Assembly (NCBI GenBank): GCA_051652765.1
Contig: JBOFUV010000071.1
Location: forward strand, 32,001-96,000
DNA length: 64,000 nt
Source of the DNA: Microcoleaceae cyanobacterium
GTDB taxonomy: Bacteria; Cyanobacteriota; Cyanobacteriia; Cyanobacteriales; Microcoleaceae
Reading direction: 5' to 3'
Of this stretch, positions 31,829-42,594 are shown piece after piece. The position numbers and the translations under genes are program-made. A model generated the notes under the pieces. It was not told where the DNA came from. It did not search any database and was given only the letters and a program-made list of their open reading frames with translations. Each line of letters begins with the position of its first letter. The first letter of the stretch is position 1.

Positions 31829-32908
31829 ATGCCCCTAAAGACTCTAAGATCAATTTTATTTCAGACAGTTGTCATTACCTCAATAACTTTTGTCTTGGCA
31901 GAAATCACTTTTAGAATTTATCACAAAGTTAATCCGACTTTTGTGTTTGGCGATCGCTCTTACAATCGGTGGCGCGGGAGACCCTATGCCCAAGACTTTG
32001 AATTTAAACTCAATTCTCAAGGGTTTAAGGATGTTGAATTTACGGCAAAAAAGCCAAAAAACACAGTTCGAATTTTAGGAATTGGTGATTCTTTTAACTT
32101 CGGAATTGTTCCCTACCAATATAATTTTTTAACTCTTTTGGAGCAAAAATTAAATCAAGATGTTCAACTGAGTAATCGACAACACATTGAAATTATTAAT
32201 ATGGGAATTCCTGGTTTGGGGCCAAAAGATTATCTTTCCTTATTAGCAAATGAAGGATTAACCCTGAAACCAGATATGGTTTTGCTGTCATTTTATATTG
32301 GGAATGACTTTTTAGACAATCAATTTAAAGCTCAAGAGCGCAAATGGGACAGATCTTATCTTGTGGCGTTCATTCGCTCTATTGTCAGCCTGAGCACACA
32401 ATATGAAGGACAAGTTTTTAATCCTGACAACCAATTAAAATATTTAGACAACCAACCGACTCGCACGGATGAATCCTATCTTAAGGACACGAAGAACAAA
32501 AGCAATATGTTTGTAAAAGATCCTGCGGATGACATTTTTGCGGGTTACTTCAAAGATGCAGTCTCAGATATTGTAAAAATCAAGGAAATTTGTGATCATC
32601 AAAATATTCCATTGGTTGTTTTGATTATTCCAGATGAAGTCCAAGTTGACCAAAAGTTACAATCTAAAATTGCAGAAATGTTTGATGCTGATGAACCAGA
32701 TAAATTGGATTTTAGATTGACCAATCGCTTATTACATGAAGCATTTGAACAGTATGATATTGATTATATTGATCCTTTAGAAGACTTTGCTAAAGCCACA
32801 GAAAAAACCCGCCTTTATAAGCCGAATGATACCCATTGGAATATTGCTGGAAATGAACTAGCTGCCAACTTATTAAAACTCGAATTAGTTCAAAGAATAG
32901 CTCATTAG
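31829..32908 (+). CDS. Membrane-anchored SGNH/GDSL hydrolase (AlgX/AlgJ-like)
   Basis: N-terminal TM, IGDSF, NMGIPG, GNDF, DTHWNIAGN. Confidence 0.82.
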   Translation: MPLKTLRSILFQTVVITSITFVLAEITFRIYHKVNPTFVFGDRSYNRWRGRPYAQDFEFKLNSQGFKDVEFTAKKPKNTVRILGIGDSFNFGIVPYQYNFLTLLEQKLNQDVQLSNRQHIEIINMGIPGLGPKDYLSLLANEGLTLKPDMVLLSFYIGNDFLDNQFKAQERKWDRSYLVAFIRSIVSLSTQYEGQVFNPDNQLKYLDNQPTRTDESYLKDTKNKSNMFVKDPADDIFAGYFKDAVSDIVKIKEICDHQNIPLVVLIIPDEVQVDQKLQSKIAEMFDADEPDKLDFRLTNRLLHEAFEQYDIDYIDPLEDFAKATEKTRLYKPNDTHWNIAGNELAANLLKLELVQRIAH

Positions 32909-33048
32909 TGAGATAATTGAGTGTCAAAATTACCAATCAACGATTTTCTATGGATGAAGAATTGACTCTTGTCTTGAATCTCAACCAAAATCCTATCTGC
33001 TGTGATATGGTGGATTTATAAGCATGACATCTTCTTGATTGGGGGGAT

Positions 33049-33528
33049 ATGTTTAAGGAGTCTCTAATTGTTACTGCGTCAAGGCATCAACGATCTTCTC
33101 AAATCAACCGAAGAGCTGTTGTATTAAATTTACAGTCAGAGGAATATTTTGTTCTAAATCCGATTGGAACTGACATCTGGCTGTGGCTTTCATCTCCTCG
33201 AAAGATTCACGATGTTCGTGATGCCGTCCTATCTCGTTATCAAGTTAGGCCGCAACAATGTGATCGTGATCTCATGAAGTTTTTACTTCAGTTGAAAGAG
33301 AGTGGGTTAATCCGGACGATTTCTCACCAATCTCCAATTTCCCGGATGCTATTTAGTTTACTGATTCAGTTGCGGCCCCGTGAAAAATGGTTGAGGATTT
33401 TTTTAGGGTTTAAGAGGTCTGAGGCAGGGGATAGAACTGAACCCTCGATTAAGCTTCCTTATGAGGCTCCCTTGGTCAGCTATTGGGGTTCCAATCTTGG
33501 TACAGAGCAGGATGTCTGGATTAGTTAA
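33049..33528 (+). CDS. PqqD-family RiPP recognition element (lasso B1-like) with C-terminal extension
   Basis: AVVLNL..EEYFVLNPIGTDIW...YQV..QQCDRDL..FL..L...GLI pattern. Confidence 0.8.
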   Translation: MFKESLIVTASRHQRSSQINRRAVVLNLQSEEYFVLNPIGTDIWLWLSSPRKIHDVRDAVLSRYQVRPQQCDRDLMKFLLQLKESGLIRTISHQSPISRMLFSLLIQLRPREKWLRIFLGFKRSEAGDRTEPSIKLPYEAPLVSYWGSNLGTEQDVWIS

Positions 33529-33622
33529 CCCCCTTGACTCTTTAAAATTCTTGTTCAGAGTGCAGATTTATCGATAGAATAAAGTTTAGAACTTATTTAA
33601 TTCTGGGTTTGAAACTGCAGTT

Positions 33623-33712
33623 ATGGATATTCTTTCTCTCGGCTGGATTGCTGTTCTGGTGGTATTTACGTTCTCTATCTCAATGGTTGTTTGGGCTCGT
33701 AATGGTTTCTAA
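33623..33712 (+). CDS. petN: Cytochrome b6f complex subunit VIII
   Basis: Manual translation [29 protein letters not shown] (29 aa, below ORF-track cutoff). Confidence 0.96.
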   Translation: MDILSLGWIAVLVVFTFSISMVVWARNGF

Positions 33713-33760
33713 GATTCTTACACAGTAAGGGTCAGCCAGAATTCTAGTTGATTTTCAAAG

Positions 33761-33812
33761 AAACTAGACTGCAGGAATCTTGATACGATTAAAATTCCTA
33801 CAGTCTGGTTTT
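33761..33812 (+). terminator. Stem-loop downstream of petN, probable terminator
   Basis: AAACTAGACTGCAGGAAT ... ATTCCTACAGTCTGGTTTT imperfect inverted repeat. Confidence 0.55.
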
Positions 33813-33981
33813 AGGGTTTTAACGCTAAGAATGAAGATTTAGATAACCTTTGAAACTTTGCAGGTTGGCTAGCCTACGTGACTTGAGATGTTAATCGGGC
33901 TATCCCACGTTACTGAACTCGCAAATCTTAGGGTCTATTAGTTTAAGGTTCTGACGGGAGGCAAACCAGAAACATCAAGTA

Positions 33982-34827
33982 TCACTCTGCTAACCAGTAA
34001 GAACTCCCCTCATAATTCAATTCATTGTGAAGAATGCGCTCGTAAAGTTCTGGGAGTGAATCTGTCATCACATTGTCTTCAATCCCATACCCCAAGCTTG
34101 TCCAGGTTCCAGACAGTAAATCTAAGACTTCATCGATTTTACCGCGTCTCAACAGGTGAGTAATGTCTGCATTCCAAAACTCTTTATCGAGCAACCAACG
34201 ATAGATCACAGTATCCTGGTATTCTGGCTCAAAACTGTAGGGTTTTCCAGACCAAAACTGAGCTGGCTTAGGATGATAACGCTCTGATAATTTGTCCCAA
34301 GTTGGTGTCAGAATCTGATACCGCCCAGCAGCCGTTGTACAAGCTCCCTTATTCGGCCCGCGCTCAATGACAATACATCGGTCAGGATGATAACTCAAAT
34401 CGGAAATGTGCATTCCCCCATACAACACATGATAAGGCTTGCTGTAGTTTGATTCTCCAGCCGAGATTGTCCGCATTAAGGCTCTAACATACGGATCACC
34501 CCCCGGCATGGTCAAGGGAGGCCATTTTTCTTCGATGGATTGGTCAATTAAACGCCCCCAACTCTCATGAGTCGGCTGGGTAGACTGAGAATACTGCAGG
34601 TAGGAGTGCCTCAGCCCTGAAATAGTAACTCCAATGAGCACCAAATAGACAAGCTGAGACAAACGCCTCAACGCTCTTCGATACCTGGACTTTAACTTCT
34701 TGGGCCGATAAGTATATCTGATCTGGGGAACTGGCCAACTTTCCCACGCGGCTTTAGCTTCCAACCCCGTGCTTGGAATAGAAGGTAAATCAAGATGTTG
34801 AGCTTGAGGTTTTCCCGCCCGATTCAT
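33982..34827 (-). CDS. Lambda-R-like lysozyme/lytic transglycosylase (GH104/GH24-like), membrane-anchored
   Basis: VRALMRTISAGES, YHVLYGG, TAAGRYQIL..TWD, WTSL motifs; N-terminal TM. Confidence 0.85.
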   Translation of the reverse strand: MNRAGKPQAQHLDLPSIPSTGLEAKAAWESWPVPQIRYTYRPKKLKSRYRRALRRLSQLVYLVLIGVTISGLRHSYLQYSQSTQPTHESWGRLIDQSIEEKWPPLTMPGGDPYVRALMRTISAGESNYSKPYHVLYGGMHISDLSYHPDRCIVIERGPNKGACTTAAGRYQILTPTWDKLSERYHPKPAQFWSGKPYSFEPEYQDTVIYRWLLDKEFWNADITHLLRRGKIDEVLDLLSGTWTSLGYGIEDNVMTDSLPELYERILHNELNYEGSSYWLAE

Positions 34828-34831
34828 GCAG

Positions 34832-35491
34832 CTATCCTACACTAGCGAACATCTGCTCTAAGGGCTGGTTAACAGCCTCAGATTGAGTCACGATCTCAAC
34901 AATCTTATTACGTGCGGAGGGGATTAACAATGCTTCAACACAGACCTGAGCCACTTTTTGCCGGGGAATGCTCCCTTCAAACAAAGTATCAGCTCCCTGC
35001 ATCACCAGCGGGAAGAGAGTATCTTCGTTTTTAAGTCCTCCTGGGCGAACAATGGTATAGGTCAGACCGCTCTTTTGCAGATAGTCTTCAGCTTGCTTCT
35101 TCCAGAGCAGAATCAGCCAGAATAAGTTCAAGGGATGAAAGAACTGAGACACACAAAGGGAGGAAACCAATACAAAGTGCTCAGTTCCTTTTACCTTGGC
35201 CAAGTTGACTAAGTTTTTAGTTCCTTCGTAATCAACACGGTAAGGGCCTGTGGGGTCAAAGCTAGGGGCAGCTCCCGTTGCACAAAGAATCACCGTACTG
35301 TCGCCGACGGCCCTCTCTAAACTCTTGGGTTCTAATACATCGCCCACAATCAGTTCGACTTGGGACGGTAGGATGGTGCGGGCAGTCTCCAAATTCCGAA
35401 CTAGGGCCCGAACTGGAACATCTCGTCGAACCAATTCCTCTACAATCCGACGACCTGTTTGACCTGTTGCTCCGGCTACAAATGCTTTCAT
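34832..35491 (-). CDS. Atypical SDR / NAD(P)H-binding oxidoreductase
   Basis: VAGATGQTG Rossmann motif, YTIVRPGGL. Confidence 0.9.
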   Translation of the reverse strand: MKAFVAGATGQTGRRIVEELVRRDVPVRALVRNLETARTILPSQVELIVGDVLEPKSLERAVGDSTVILCATGAAPSFDPTGPYRVDYEGTKNLVNLAKVKGTEHFVLVSSLCVSQFFHPLNLFWLILLWKKQAEDYLQKSGLTYTIVRPGGLKNEDTLFPLVMQGADTLFEGSIPRQKVAQVCVEALLIPSARNKIVEIVTQSEAVNQPLEQMFASVG

Positions 35492-35653
35492 CTTTTAAGA
35501 ATATGCTGAGATATTGCTAGAATTACTGAGAACAAGAGTTAAGTTGTATCCAGGTGGCCTACTAAAAGTTCAGTATAACTATTGTAGCGGCTGACCTCCT
35601 TCAGAGGGCATTCTTAATATAGACACACCCACGAATCGTAGGAGAAACTTGAA

Positions 35654-36361
35654 ATGCAACACAACTCAGTGAAATTTCAATCTGTTGCCGTGTCTGAGGA
35701 GCTGTTCAGCGACTCATTCTGCTTTCCTCAGCTTGAGACAACTGCTGATGCTGTGTTCCAGGAGGCTGAACCAATTTGGTTGCGGACTCAATGTGAGGAT
35801 CGCATGGAAATGTATGCCGATATCAACACTGTCGCCGAATATTTAGACAATCATCAGGGCTGGTTTCGGCGGTGTGCTGAGCCCATGCAAACTCGCTCAA
35901 TCAGCGAAAATGCTTATGATCTTCTAATTGGGCGTTTTGGAGCCCTGGGTTATGCTGTAGAGGTCAGAATTGGACTCGATCTAATCCCCCCCGATGCTGC
36001 CGGAGTCTATCGAATCCATACCGTTCCAGTCCCAGGCTACACAGCTCCAGGATACGAAGTCAACTTTCAATCCACTATGAAACTAGCGGAACTCTCTGTA
36101 GAAGACATAGTGTGTCGTCGCGGGTTGAAACCCTCTGAACGTCCTAGTGTGGTGACCGCAGCTCAATGGAATTTAGATCTTGCCGTTGGGATTCAATTCC
36201 CCAAGTTTATCCAGTCAATGTCCAAATCCCTGATTCAAAAAACCGGGGATGGATTATTAAATCGGATCGTCAAGCAAGTTTCTCGCCAACTTACTTACAA
36301 AACTCAACTTGACTTTCATAACACTCAAAATATTGCTTTTCCCCATCATAAGTATCGCTAG
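35654..36361 (+). CDS. DUF1997 family protein
   Basis: VAEYLDNHQGWFRRCAEPM, IGRFGALGY, IQKTGDGLL typical of this cyanobacterial family. Confidence 0.75.
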   Translation: MQHNSVKFQSVAVSEELFSDSFCFPQLETTADAVFQEAEPIWLRTQCEDRMEMYADINTVAEYLDNHQGWFRRCAEPMQTRSISENAYDLLIGRFGALGYAVEVRIGLDLIPPDAAGVYRIHTVPVPGYTAPGYEVNFQSTMKLAELSVEDIVCRRGLKPSERPSVVTAAQWNLDLAVGIQFPKFIQSMSKSLIQKTGDGLLNRIVKQVSRQLTYKTQLDFHNTQNIAFPHHKYR

Positions 36362-36613
36362 GCGTGAGTTCAGCAATTCTCATTTTGAGGAATGGCTATT
36401 CAAGATCTTGAAATGTTGTTACTGTAAAACGATACAATTGTAAAAATATATACATGATCCAGGAATCACTGAGATGTGTGGGCTGTTTAACACAGTTGTA
36501 GGTTTTTTCGCCAAGTGCTGGCATCGCTACCAAACAAGCGCACTAGCAGAACTGTCTACTCTGGAATCTTGGACAATGGTCTAACAACGGTTTGACAAAG
36601 ATTTGACAACAGT

Positions 36614-37027
36614 TTGAAATTAAGGGCAATTGAAGTGGCAGAAAGTTTTGAGCAACAAGCTGGGAATCGCCGCAAGCGGTTGATTCGGATTTTTACATTG
36701 GTCTCCCTGGCCGCATTTATCGGGCAGACTGCATTTTCTAGCATTCAAACCTTTCGAGGGGCTCTAAATCAGCCCGATCCCGCAGAACAAGCCCAAACCC
36801 AGGCCAATAGCCAGCAAGCCGAGTTACAGGCCCAAGAGCGAGGCTACAAAGCTGTTCTGGCCCGAGAACCCGAGAACCCGACTGCATTAGAGGGATTGGC
36901 CAATGTCCGGATTCAGATGAATAATCCCCAAGGTGCGATTGAATCCCTGGAAAAATTGATTCAGATCTATCCCAATCGAGAAGATTATAAGGCATTGTTA
37001 GAGCAGGTCAAAGCTCCAAATCCCTAA
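36614..37027 (+). CDS. Small membrane-anchored TPR protein
   Basis: TM segment then GYKAVLAREPENPTALEGLA...LEKLIQIYP; likely start GTG 36636. Confidence 0.8.
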   Translation: MKLRAIEVAESFEQQAGNRRKRLIRIFTLVSLAAFIGQTAFSSIQTFRGALNQPDPAEQAQTQANSQQAELQAQERGYKAVLAREPENPTALEGLANVRIQMNNPQGAIESLEKLIQIYPNREDYKALLEQVKAPNP

Positions 37028-37188
37028 CCTTTACCCCGATTTACGGTTTAACCCATTAAGGTTTAATTGGCCTATTTTTTGGGGATAGCATTCAACAACC
37101 TGACAGTAAAACTGCTTCAAAGCCTGAACATAACTGGGATCATTAAACAGTTGCTCGGTAACATTCCGTCAATAAAACTTCTTCCGAA

Positions 37189-38538
37189 TCAATAAAATTT
37201 TTTGTTAGAGGTCTGATAGTGAAAACGCGCAATCTCTAGGTTTTTTAAAATCAGAGGTTCTTCTGGTTGTAACTTTAACGCAGTCTGATAGGCTTCGATC
37301 GCTTCCTCAAGTCGATGTTGATCGAGGAGAATATTACCTAAATTTAAATGGCTGCCCCAAAAGTAAGGACTCGTGGCGATCGCTGCTCGATAATACATTT
37401 CGGCTTCTGCAAATTCACTGCGTTGATACCAAATATTTCCTAGATTATTGTAAGCATTAATTAAACTTGGCTCTAGTTCAATAGCTTTTTGATAGGCTGA
37501 AATTGCCTGCCCTAGCTGATTCATTTTCTCTAGACAGAGTCCGATGTAATAATGAACATTACCTTCTGAAGGTTCTAACTCTGCTGACTTCACTAGAGCT
37601 TTTAGTGAGGCTTCGTAGTCTTCAAAATCATAGTGCAGAATTCCTAAATTCAACCAGGCTTCAGCATGATCAGGTTGAAGCTCTAAAATATTTTGATATA
37701 TCTGTTTGGCTGACTCTAATTCTCCCTGTTCATGGCAGGTAATTGCTGCTTGATAGAGATCGTTCAATTGCTGTTCGGGTGCTGGATTGATCTCTAAGTT
37801 TTGAAGACTAAAAATTACATCCGGTTGACGTTGTTCTAATAAAGTTGAAATCGGATAGTTTTCTGTTCTATTAATATCCCAACTTAAGATTAAAATTTCT
37901 GGCTGTGTTTGGTCTAAGTTGGTTTTGATTGGAAATTCCAGCAAAACCTGACCTTCTGGATGAATGGCCAGAAAATCCCAAACCGCTTGCCTAACCATAA
38001 GTTGATCAGCCCAATTCATTAAAATCAATGCTTGGCTTGCCAGGGAAGACTGAACCAACAGTAAACTGACCAAAACCGAACGATAGTCAGTTTCCCCAGT
38101 GTAGAAAAAAACTCCAATCTTGCTCTGAGTCTCAAATTTGCGAAATTCCAGCAGAAACTCTTCAAAGTCATAGCCACAAAAGACAACCTGTTCTTCTAGA
38201 CCAAATTGCTGTAAGTTACTGATCAGTTGCTCTAAGTGTTGCTCTTCTTGCTGAGGGTTAGAAACGCTCCCGACTACATAGGCCAAATGCTCAGACTGGT
38301 TCAAAAGAGCGCCAATCAAGGTTGCACCCTGGGGTTGTGTGCCGATTTCGCAGTAGACCTCGTTAGGTTCCAAGCATGTAATAGCATTGTTGAGAAGTTG
38401 CAGGAGATTGGTTAGAATGTCTTCACAACCGATTTGTTCAAGCAGTTGCTGAAATTGAGATGGCTTTGACTGCGTAGAGCCTTTTCTCCATTCTGCACTG
38501 AAGCTTGAAAGTTGCTGAGTAAATCTTGAATAGTCCAT
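37189..38538 (-). CDS. TPR-repeat protein with N-terminal SAM-methyltransferase-like domain
   Basis: EVYCEIG N-terminal motif; C-terminal TPR repeats (AWLNLG, AYNNLG, SHLNLG). Confidence 0.8.
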   Translation of the reverse strand: MDYSRFTQQLSSFSAEWRKGSTQSKPSQFQQLLEQIGCEDILTNLLQLLNNAITCLEPNEVYCEIGTQPQGATLIGALLNQSEHLAYVVGSVSNPQQEEQHLEQLISNLQQFGLEEQVVFCGYDFEEFLLEFRKFETQSKIGVFFYTGETDYRSVLVSLLLVQSSLASQALILMNWADQLMVRQAVWDFLAIHPEGQVLLEFPIKTNLDQTQPEILILSWDINRTENYPISTLLEQRQPDVIFSLQNLEINPAPEQQLNDLYQAAITCHEQGELESAKQIYQNILELQPDHAEAWLNLGILHYDFEDYEASLKALVKSAELEPSEGNVHYYIGLCLEKMNQLGQAISAYQKAIELEPSLINAYNNLGNIWYQRSEFAEAEMYYRAAIATSPYFWGSHLNLGNILLDQHRLEEAIEAYQTALKLQPEEPLILKNLEIARFHYQTSNKKFY

Positions 38539-38838
38539 TCTATACTGGGGTGACTTTAGAAACTTTCACAAGAAACAATCAATATTGCGTAGCTACTTAA
38601 CTCACGTACTTTATCACTTAAAGTCTGTTTTAGAAAGAGATGATTAGTTTTCCTGAAAAGTTGGGTAGGTTTCTACTATTGCTTCTCTAGATAATAGATA
38701 AAAAAATAGTTACAGTATTTTCCCAATAATGTAAGACGATAAATTTTATAAGAACTATTTTGCCAACTGCGAGCGTAATAGTTTGTTTTGTAAATTGCTA
38801 TATCAGTACTGTTAGTAACAAGAGCCGAAGAATATTTT

Positions 38839-41800
38839 ATGTCTGACTCTGATCTTGATAAGCTTATCCCTCCCGAAATCAAGCACGATGATTTCTACAG
38901 AGCAATACAGAAAATTGCTAGAGAAGAAAATATTAAAACTATTTTAGAGATAGGCTCTTCTTCAGGAGGAGGTAGTACTGAAGCATTTGTATCAGGCTTA
39001 CGGGAGAACCCAAATAAACCAACTTTATTTTGCATGGAGGTTTCACAAGCTAGATTTTCAGAGTTGCAAAAAGCTTATGAGCAGGATGAATTTGTCAAGT
39101 GTTACAACACTTCATCTGTTTCGATAGAAAAGTTTCCAAGCAGAGAAGAAGTAACTAAATTTTACCAAACAAAACAGACAGGTCTAAATCATTATCCTCT
39201 AGAAACTATTCTGGATTGGTTGAGGCAAGATATTGAATATATCAAGGCATCTGAGACTGATACTAATGGTATTTACATAGTCAAGTTAGACAACGATATA
39301 GATTTTTTTGACGTAGTTTTAATTGATGGATCAGAATTCACAGGGAATGCAGAGATAGAGGAAATTTATGGTGCAAAGTTTATATTGCTAGATGATATCA
39401 ACACGTTTAAGAACTTTAACAATTATCAAAGACTTTCTCATGACTCAGGTTATGAGCTACTAGAAGAAAATTTTAATCTTCGGAATGGTTATGCAATTTT
39501 CAAGAGGAAGATTTACTCATTTACAACTGAGCAAGCAGAGCAGATGTTGGTTCGAAGTCTGGTTCGACCCAAAATGACAGTTTTTGATGTTGGTGCGAAT
39601 ATTGGAGACTACACTCGACTCTTCAGCGAACTAGTTAGCGGAGAAGGCATCGTCTACGCCTTTGAGCCTACATCGAGCACCTTCGAAAAGCTAAGTCGAT
39701 TAATAGAAATATCTGGGTATAACAACGTAACTCTAATTCAGAAAGCAGTTTATTCTCAGGATGGCAGTGTTGAATTCAATGAGTTTTCAGAAGAGTACTC
39801 AGTCTGGAATAGTATTGGTCAACCTCAAATGCCTGACCCAAATCATGGAGAAAGCTACATTCCATTTGTCAGGACAGAACTTGTCAATGCTATCACTCTC
39901 GATTCTTTTTGCAAGGAAAAGAGTATCAAGTCAATTGATTATCTTAAGCTAGATGTTGAGGGTGTCGAACTAGATGCATTAATGGGTTGTATTCACCTTC
40001 TAGATAAAAAATCAATTCGATTTATCCAGTTTGAAATCTCCCATAAAATGCTGGAGGGGTTGGGAAGGAAAGCTCGTGAAACTTTTCAAATTCTGGAAGA
40101 ATATGGTTATGAATGTCATTCTATAGCGCCAAATGGAGATATTGGAGAGAGAGTAACGGACTCAGATTCCTTCTATGAAAACTACATTGCTTTCCCTGAA
40201 TTGCCAATTCATTTCTTTACAATTGTTCTCAACGGTGAACCTTTTATCCAATATCATATCAATGCTTTTAAACAACTTCCTTTTAAGTGGTATTGGCATA
40301 TCATTGAAGGAGTTGCCGATCTAAAGCATGATACAGCTTGGAGTACCCAACTTGGGGGTAAAGTGACTGATGAATTTCATCATAACGGTTTAAGCAAGGA
40401 TAGAACTTCTGAATATTTAGATGAGTTAGTGAAGCAATATCCAGATAATGTGACAGTCTATCGTAAGTCAAACGGTGAATTTTGGGATGGAAAGCGAGAG
40501 ATGGTGAATGCTCCGCTTGAGAATATTCAGGAAGAATGCTTGCTGTGGCAAGTTGATGTTGATGAGTTGTGGACTGTCGAGCAGATTTGCAATGCCCGAA
40601 ACTTATTTATTAAGAATCCAGATAAAACAGCCGCTTTTTACTGGTGTTGGTATTTCGTTGGTAAGAATTTAGTCATTAGTACTCGAAATTGTTATGCTCA
40701 AAATCCTCAACAAGATTGGTTGAGAACCTGGCGATTTAAACCAGGAGCATTCTGGGCAGCCCATGAACCTCCTGTTTTAGCCGAAAATTTTGCATCGAAT
40801 CAACAGAGAAATATTGCTGCTGTCAATCCATTTCTTCATAATGAAACTGAGAAAGAAGGACTAATTTTTCAACACTTTGCCTATGTCACCCCTGAACAAT
40901 TAGAGTTTAAAGAGCAGTATTATGGCTACAAAAATGCTGTTCAACAATGGAAAACTTTGCAGTCAGTCTCTCAATTTCCTGTTCCTCTGAGAGATTACTT
41001 TGGTTGGGTGGCTGACAATACAATGGTTGACACTGCTATGGCGTGCGGAGTAAGTCCCATTGCGCGCAAACAAGTAGAACATTGGGAGTTTGTAGAGCCA
41101 GTAATTATACAAAAGAAGGAAAGACAATCACCAACAATTGTGATAGATGGTGTATTTTTTCAGCTTTATAATACAGGAATTGCACGAGTTTGGAAATCTC
41201 TACTTGAAGAGTGGGCAAAAACAGATTTCTCTCAACATATTGTTGTACTAAATCGAGTGGGAACTGCACCAAAGATTCCAGGAATTTGGTATCGAGAAAT
41301 TCCCGCCTATGATTATTCTCAAACTGATGCAGATCGAGCTATGTTACAGCAAGTTTGTGATGAAGAAAGGGCTGATATTTTCATCTCAACTTACTACACA
41401 ACGCCAATTTCTACCCCTTCTGTGTTTATGGCTTATGATATGATTCCAGAAGTTTTAGGTGCTGATTTTAATGAACCCATGTGGCGAGAAAAACACTACG
41501 GAATTAATCATGCTTCGAGTTACCTAGCGATTTCCCAGAACACAGCAGATGACTTGGTTAAATCTTTCCCAGAAATCCCTGCTGATCAGGTAACAGTTGC
41601 TCATTGCGGCGTTTCCAATCATTTCTTCCCAGCTAATCTGCAAGAGATCTACCAATTTAAAAATAAGTACGGGATCACTAAGCCCTATTTTGTTCTGGTT
41701 GGAGTTGGCAGTGACTATAAAAATGCAGAACTATTCTTTCAAGCATTCAGTCAACTACCTAGCCGTCAGGGGTTTGAAATCATTTGCACAGGTAGTGGGT

Positions 41801-42588
41801 ATCTTTTAGCCAGTGAATATCGACAGTTCACCAGCGGCACCGTAGTTCATGCCTTGCAGCTCAGTGATGAAGAATTGCGCTGGGCATATGCCGGAGCGAT
41901 CGCCTTGATTTATCCATCTCGCTACGAAGGGTTTGGATTACCGATTGTGGAAGCGATGGCTTGTGGTTGTCCTGTTATCACTTGTCCCAATGCTTCTATT
42001 CCAGAAGTAGCTGGTGAAGCCGCAATTTATGTCAATGATACAGATATTGCAGGCATGGCAAATGCCCTTTGTGAGGTGCAGAAACCAGGAGTTTATAACT
42101 CTCTAGTTTCAGCGGGCTTAGAACAGTCCAAGAAGTTTTCCTGGACAAAGATGGCAGAAAAAGTTAGCTCAGCCCTGATCAATGCAACGATTTTACACCT
42201 GAATCTTAATGAGATTAATTGGATTATTTTTCCAGACTGGTCGCAAGATGAGGAAACTCTAGGTCAAGAAATAAAGCAGGTGATTCAGGCGATCGCAACC
42301 CACCCAGACAAAAAGAAAATAACATTATTAATCGACAACACAGGCATTTCTAATGAAGATGCTGATTTACTGTTATCAAGTATTGTCATGAATCTTTTGA
42401 TGGAAGAAGAGCTTGATGTTTCTACAGGGCCAGAAATTTCACTGATTGGACAGTTGAGTGAGATTCAATGGTCGCTGCTAGTTTCTTATTTAGCAGGTCG
42501 AATCGCACTAGATCATGAAAATCCAGTAGCGATCGCACAAGCAAACGTAGAGAATCTAGCTAAGATTGGATTAGACAGCTTAAGCTAA
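38839..42588 (+). CDS. Multidomain methyltransferase/glycosyltransferase fusion (MTase-like + FkbM + GT-A-like + GT4)
   Basis: [21 protein letters not shown]...AFEP...LKLDVEG (FkbM); FFTIVLNG...[18 protein letters not shown] (GT4). Confidence 0.85.
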   Translation: MSDSDLDKLIPPEIKHDDFYRAIQKIAREENIKTILEIGSSSGGGSTEAFVSGLRENPNKPTLFCMEVSQARFSELQKAYEQDEFVKCYNTSSVSIEKFPSREEVTKFYQTKQTGLNHYPLETILDWLRQDIEYIKASETDTNGIYIVKLDNDIDFFDVVLIDGSEFTGNAEIEEIYGAKFILLDDINTFKNFNNYQRLSHDSGYELLEENFNLRNGYAIFKRKIYSFTTEQAEQMLVRSLVRPKMTVFDVGANIGDYTRLFSELVSGEGIVYAFEPTSSTFEKLSRLIEISGYNNVTLIQKAVYSQDGSVEFNEFSEEYSVWNSIGQPQMPDPNHGESYIPFVRTELVNAITLDSFCKEKSIKSIDYLKLDVEGVELDALMGCIHLLDKKSIRFIQFEISHKMLEGLGRKARETFQILEEYGYECHSIAPNGDIGERVTDSDSFYENYIAFPELPIHFFTIVLNGEPFIQYHINAFKQLPFKWYWHIIEGVADLKHDTAWSTQLGGKVTDEFHHNGLSKDRTSEYLDELVKQYPDNVTVYRKSNGEFWDGKREMVNAPLENIQEECLLWQVDVDELWTVEQICNARNLFIKNPDKTAAFYWCWYFVGKNLVISTRNCYAQNPQQDWLRTWRFKPGAFWAAHEPPVLAENFASNQQRNIAAVNPFLHNETEKEGLIFQHFAYVTPEQLEFKEQYYGYKNAVQQWKTLQSVSQFPVPLRDYFGWVADNTMVDTAMACGVSPIARKQVEHWEFVEPVIIQKKERQSPTIVIDGVFFQLYNTGIARVWKSLLEEWAKTDFSQHIVVLNRVGTAPKIPGIWYREIPAYDYSQTDADRAMLQQVCDEERADIFISTYYTTPISTPSVFMAYDMIPEVLGADFNEPMWREKHYGINHASSYLAISQNTADDLVKSFPEIPADQVTVAHCGVSNHFFPANLQEIYQFKNKYGITKPYFVLVGVGSDYKNAELFFQAFSQLPSRQGFEIICTGSGYLLASEYRQFTSGTVVHALQLSDEELRWAYAGAIALIYPSRYEGFGLPIVEAMACGCPVITCPNASIPEVAGEAAIYVNDTDIAGMANALCEVQKPGVYNSLVSAGLEQSKKFSWTKMAEKVSSALINATILHLNLNEINWIIFPDWSQDEETLGQEIKQVIQAIATHPDKKKITLLIDNTGISNEDADLLLSSIVMNLLMEEELDVSTGPEISLIGQLSEIQWSLLVSYLAGRIALDHENPVAIAQANVENLAKIGLDSLS

Positions 42589-42594
42589 AAAACG

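Noticed and set aside
33982..34827. Prophage lysis gene
   Set aside because: No holin or phage structural genes nearby; embedded among core cyanobacterial genes and membrane-anchored
38676..38882. 68-aa minus-strand ORF
   Set aside because: AT-rich promoter region overlapping the start of the 1249-aa gene; no coding evidence
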